In this document: piece after piece, positions 34,289 through 37,203 of the stretch
Layout of the letters: the number at the start of each line of letters is the position of its first letter
How positions within the stretch are numbered: position 1 is the stretch's first letter
Assembly: GCA_036271295.1 (NCBI GenBank)
Contig: DATBAY010000533.1
Location: forward strand, 1-37,203
Reading direction: 5' to 3'
DNA from: Lacipirellulaceae bacterium
GTDB taxonomy: Bacteria; Planctomycetota; Planctomycetia; Pirellulales; Lacipirellulaceae
DNA: 37,203 nucleotides
Notes under the pieces: model-generated
The model's database searches: none
Told to the model about the DNA's origin: nothing
Seen by the model: only the letters and a program-made list of their open reading frames with translations
Translations under genes and position numbers: made by a program

Positions 34289-36154
34289 ATGACGGTTACC
34301 AGCCGAGGACTCTACGCTTACCTGACGATCCTCACGGGCAACCGCGCCGGCACCAATTTTCCGCTCGATGCTCGCCGCAACACGCAGATCGGCCGCGGCA
34401 CCGATTGCCATATTTCGCTGCCCGACCCGCTCTGCTCGCGCGTCCACGCGACTCTCAGCTTCACACCCGATGGCTGGGTCATCCGCGATGCCGAAAGCCG
34501 CAACGGCACGCTCGTCAACGGTCAGAAAATCGACGAAGCCACGGTCGTTGATGGCAACACGATCCGGGTCGGCTCCGCCGAATTCGAATTCCACGAGTCG
34601 GAAGAACCGCCGACTGCAAAAGGCGATGACCCGCAGTTGATGCAAACGATCGTGCAAGACCTGCCGATCGCCGTCCAAGAATCGCACGAGGACGCCCTCG
34701 CCGGCCTGCCCAGCACTGAGCAAGTGAAGGAACTGATGCTACTCTATCAGCTGTGCATCAAACTGCTCGGCTGCGGCGACCCGAATCGCGTTCTCGAAAG
34801 CGCACTCGACCTGCTGCGAAAACGTACGAACGCCTCAGTTGTGGGCTTCCTATCGGTCAGTGACGAGGGCAACCTGCAACCTAAGATCGTGATTCCGCGT
34901 GATGCGGCAAACCGCGTCAACCTTAATCAGTCGCTGACCGAGCTCGTTTCGCGCCAAGGACACGCGGTCTGGGTCGCCAACCAGTCTTCGAAAGAAGGCA
35001 CTCAAGACCTCGGCCACTTCGCCGACGCCGTCTGCGCCCCGCTCGTCCGCCGCAATGAAGACGGCGAACGCACGACACTTGGAGCAATCCACGTCTACCT
35101 TGAAGATGGCCGATTCCGACAATCTGATTTCGACTTCATCATTTCGGTCGCCAACATCGTCGCCATCGCGCTCGTGCGGGCCCGTGCTCTCACAACGCTG
35201 CAAAGCGACTACCAACGCTTAGTCGAAAAATCGCCTGGCCACGACGAGCTCATCGGCAACTCACCGTCGATGCGCGATCTCAAATCAAAGATCAATCGCG
35301 TCGCCCGCGCGCCCGGCTGCGTCCTCGTCCGTGGCGAAAGCGGCACCGGTAAGGAACTCGTCGCCCGCGCCGTACATCGCACCAGCCCACGCGCCGATCG
35401 GCCCATGGTCTCCGTCAACTGTGCCGCCATCCCCGGCGATCTGATTGAAAGCCAACTCTTTGGCCACAAGGCGGGCTCTTTCACGAGCGCCGATCGCGAC
35501 CATATCGGCTTCTTCCAACAAGCCGACCTCGGCACGCTCTTTCTCGATGAGGTTGGTGAGTTGACGCTCGAAGGCCAGGCAAAGCTGCTCCGCATTCTCG
35601 AAGGCCACCCCTTCCTGCCCGTCGGCGCCACCGAGGAAATTACGGTCGACGTGCGCGTCATCGCCGCCACAAACCAAAATCTCCAAAAGTACGTCCGCGA
35701 TAAGCGCTTCCGTGAGGATCTCTATTACCGCCTTAGCGTCTTCGAGCTATACCTGCCGCCGCTCCGCGATCGCGGCGACGATATCAGCCTGCTCGTCGAT
35801 TTCTTCCTCGACCACTTCCGTCGCCTCCATGGCCGCCCGAATCTTGGCCTCACCGACGTCGCCCGCAAAATGCTGCTCGATTACCGCTGGCCCGGCAATG
35901 TTCGCCAGCTCCGCAACGTCCTCGATAGCGCCGTCGTGCTGGCCGACGAAGAATCGATCCGTCCCCATGACCTCGCGCTTCGCGATTCCGGCAGCAGCGA
36001 ACTCGAAACACTCCGCATCGATGAGTGGGAAAAACGGCTGATTACCGAGGCTCTCAATCGCACCTCCGACAACGTCCCCGAAGCCGCTAAACTGCTAGGA
36101 ATCGGTCGGGCCACGCTCTATCGCAAAATTGAGCAATATCACATCGATCGATAA
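34289..36154 (+). CDS. FHA - GAF - sigma-54-interacting AAA+ - Fis-type HTH transcriptional activator (bacterial enhancer-binding protein)
   Basis: The track ORF starts at GTG 34217; I prefer the ATG at 34289 (MTVTSRGLYAYL...). FHA: IGRGTDCHISLPDPLCSRVHATL...RDAESRNGTLVNGQKI. The GAF-like region is about residues 170-330 of the track ORF. Walker A GESGTGKE is at 35333-35356, Walker B is LFLDEVGEL, and the L1 loop GSFTSA is at 35474-35491. The C-terminal HTH is AAKLLGIGRATLYRKI. Confidence 0.9.
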   Translation: MTVTSRGLYAYLTILTGNRAGTNFPLDARRNTQIGRGTDCHISLPDPLCSRVHATLSFTPDGWVIRDAESRNGTLVNGQKIDEATVVDGNTIRVGSAEFEFHESEEPPTAKGDDPQLMQTIVQDLPIAVQESHEDALAGLPSTEQVKELMLLYQLCIKLLGCGDPNRVLESALDLLRKRTNASVVGFLSVSDEGNLQPKIVIPRDAANRVNLNQSLTELVSRQGHAVWVANQSSKEGTQDLGHFADAVCAPLVRRNEDGERTTLGAIHVYLEDGRFRQSDFDFIISVANIVAIALVRARALTTLQSDYQRLVEKSPGHDELIGNSPSMRDLKSKINRVARAPGCVLVRGESGTGKELVARAVHRTSPRADRPMVSVNCAAIPGDLIESQLFGHKAGSFTSADRDHIGFFQQADLGTLFLDEVGELTLEGQAKLLRILEGHPFLPVGATEEITVDVRVIAATNQNLQKYVRDKRFREDLYYRLSVFELYLPPLRDRGDDISLLVDFFLDHFRRLHGRPNLGLTDVARKMLLDYRWPGNVRQLRNVLDSAVVLADEESIRPHDLALRDSGSSELETLRIDEWEKRLITEALNRTSDNVPEAAKLLGIGRATLYRKIEQYHIDR

Positions 36155-36188
36155 CGCGCAACGGCGCTCAGGTACCGAGGGTCGGTCT

Positions 36189-37203
36189 ATGAGAAGTATT
36201 GCTTTCAACTGGCTGCTCATCTGCCTGTTCGTAAGTACCGCAGCCGCGGCCGAAAACTGGAGTCGCTTCCGCGGTCCCAACGGCGCTGGCCAAAGCGACG
36301 ACAACCAAATTCCAACAACGTGGCGACCTACGAACTTCCTTTGGAAGCAGCCGCTCTCCGGCATCGGTCACAGTTCGCCCGTCATCTGGAATAAGCAACT
36401 GTTTCTCACCTGGGCCGATGCCTCGACCGGCGCCCAAACGGTCGCCGCCTTCGACGTCGATACCGGCGCTAACTTATGGCAAAAAAAATTCGAAGCCTCT
36501 AAGTATCATATCAACGACCTGAACAGTCTCGCTTCGAGCACACCCGCTGTCGACGCCCAGTCTGTCTACGCCCTATGGCTAAAAGACGGCAAGGTGATAC
36601 TCGCCTCCGTAGACCACCAAGGCGAAGAGCGCTGGCGGCAGGAGATCGGCCCCTTCAATGAAGTGCACGGCTTTGGCATTTCGCCGATCGTGGTTGACGA
36701 CCTCATCTACGTGAACCGTTCCAGCGGCGCGGAGAGCGCCATCACCGCGTTCGACCGTACGACTGGCGCCGTTCGATGGAACGTGTCGCAAGACGCGGGC
36801 ACGACGTCTTTTTCCACACCCTGCCTTTTGGATCCAGATGCCGAGCACAAAGTCTTACTCGCCGCCAACACGTCCTCCGGCCTCCTTGCCCTTGATGCTC
36901 TCACCGGCAAAATCCTCTGGCAAGTATTAAAGGACGATCTCGATCAGCGTTGCGTCAGCTCGCCTATCGTTGCCCCCGGCTTGATACTCGTCGGTTGTGG
37001 TCAGGGTGGCAACGGGAAAGCCGTGTTCGCCGTCCGGCCGCCGGACGGCGCCTCGCCGCCTCAAGAAGTGTATCGCCTCAAGCAAAACACTCCACAAGTT
37101 CCCACACCAGTAATTGCCGGCGACTTGCTGTTCGTCTGGAGTGACCGCGGCGTAGCCTCGTGCTACGATCTCGCCACCGGCAAACAACACTGGCGTCAGC
37201 GAA
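36189..37203 (+). CDS. Secreted PQQ-like (BamB-like) beta-propeller repeat protein; C-terminus cut by the window edge
   Basis: Absent from the ORF track because it is open-ended. Hand translation from the ATG at 36189 gives MRSIAFNWLLICLFVSTAAAAENWSRFRGPNGAGQSDD...SSPVIWNKQLFL...AFDVDTGANLWQKKF...AFDRTTGAVRWN...ALDALTGKILWQ...CYDLATGKQHWRQR. The frame stays open to base 37203. The repeated xxDxxTGxxxW pattern is typical of PQQ-like propeller blades. GAGGG lies 7 nt upstream of the ATG. Confidence 0.8.
   Translation, partial: MRSIAFNWLLICLFVSTAAAAENWSRFRGPNGAGQSDDNQIPTTWRPTNFLWKQPLSGIGHSSPVIWNKQLFLTWADASTGAQTVAAFDVDTGANLWQKKFEASKYHINDLNSLASSTPAVDAQSVYALWLKDGKVILASVDHQGEERWRQEIGPFNEVHGFGISPIVVDDLIYVNRSSGAESAITAFDRTTGAVRWNVSQDAGTTSFSTPCLLDPDAEHKVLLAANTSSGLLALDALTGKILWQVLKDDLDQRCVSSPIVAPGLILVGCGQGGNGKAVFAVRPPDGASPPQEVYRLKQNTPQVPTPVIAGDLLFVWSDRGVASCYDLATGKQHWRQR

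Noticed and set aside
36482-36489. A8 homopolymer inside the PQQ-like propeller gene (WQKKF), and a T7 run at 18160-18166 in the signal peptide of the large fusion protein, considered as phase-variation tracts
   Set aside because: Both are in frame and code for sensible residues. The runs are short for slipped-strand switching, and there is no sign of alternative frames with meaningful products.
1-37203. Search by eye for CRISPR arrays, long tandem or dispersed nucleotide repeats, tRNA/rRNA genes, transposase or integrase genes and phage modules
   Set aside because: None found. The intergenic regions long enough to hold a tRNA (4586-4737, 15930-16114, 32810-32969, 34110-34288) lack T-loop or anticodon-arm signatures. 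The only repetition is protein-level paralogy of the three cassettes. This was not checked computationally.

Overview
Chromosomal-looking, moderately GC-rich window whose gene content is typical of Planctomycetota (Pirellulales-like). I count 22 protein-coding genes. Two of them run off the window edges and are missing from the ORF track; I recovered both by hand translation. By eye I saw no rRNA, tRNA, CRISPR array, IS element or prophage signature. The main theme is three copies of one two-gene cassette: a secreted DUF1549/DUF1553 (PSCyt/PSD1) protein with two CXXCH motifs, followed 26-35 nt downstream by a twin-arginine-signal DUF1501 protein. The copies lie at 1-4585 and, as a back-to-back pair, at 24062-32201. 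These families are hugely expanded and have no established function as far as I know, so this is my best candidate for an undescribed system. The three large proteins differ mainly in a central module: LamG-like, an unassigned beta-rich module, or none. Between the cassettes are an ArsR-adaptor-RND efflux operon, several secreted hydrolases (S15/CocE-NonD peptidase, clan GH-A-like glycosidase with dockerin-like repeats and PEP-CTERM anchor, esterase, transglutaminase-like protein), a DUF72 protein and a 1118-aa propeller-HEAT-cytochrome c fusion. The 3' end holds a GNAT acetyltransferase, a membrane-anchored true DNase I homolog, and an FHA-GAF-sigma-54 activator with a GSFTSA variant of the GAFTGA loop. 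That activator is preceded by a hand-found -24/-12-like element and followed by a PQQ-like beta-propeller gene. All domain calls come from motif recognition by eye. No database search or statistics were run, and start codons are my best judgement.
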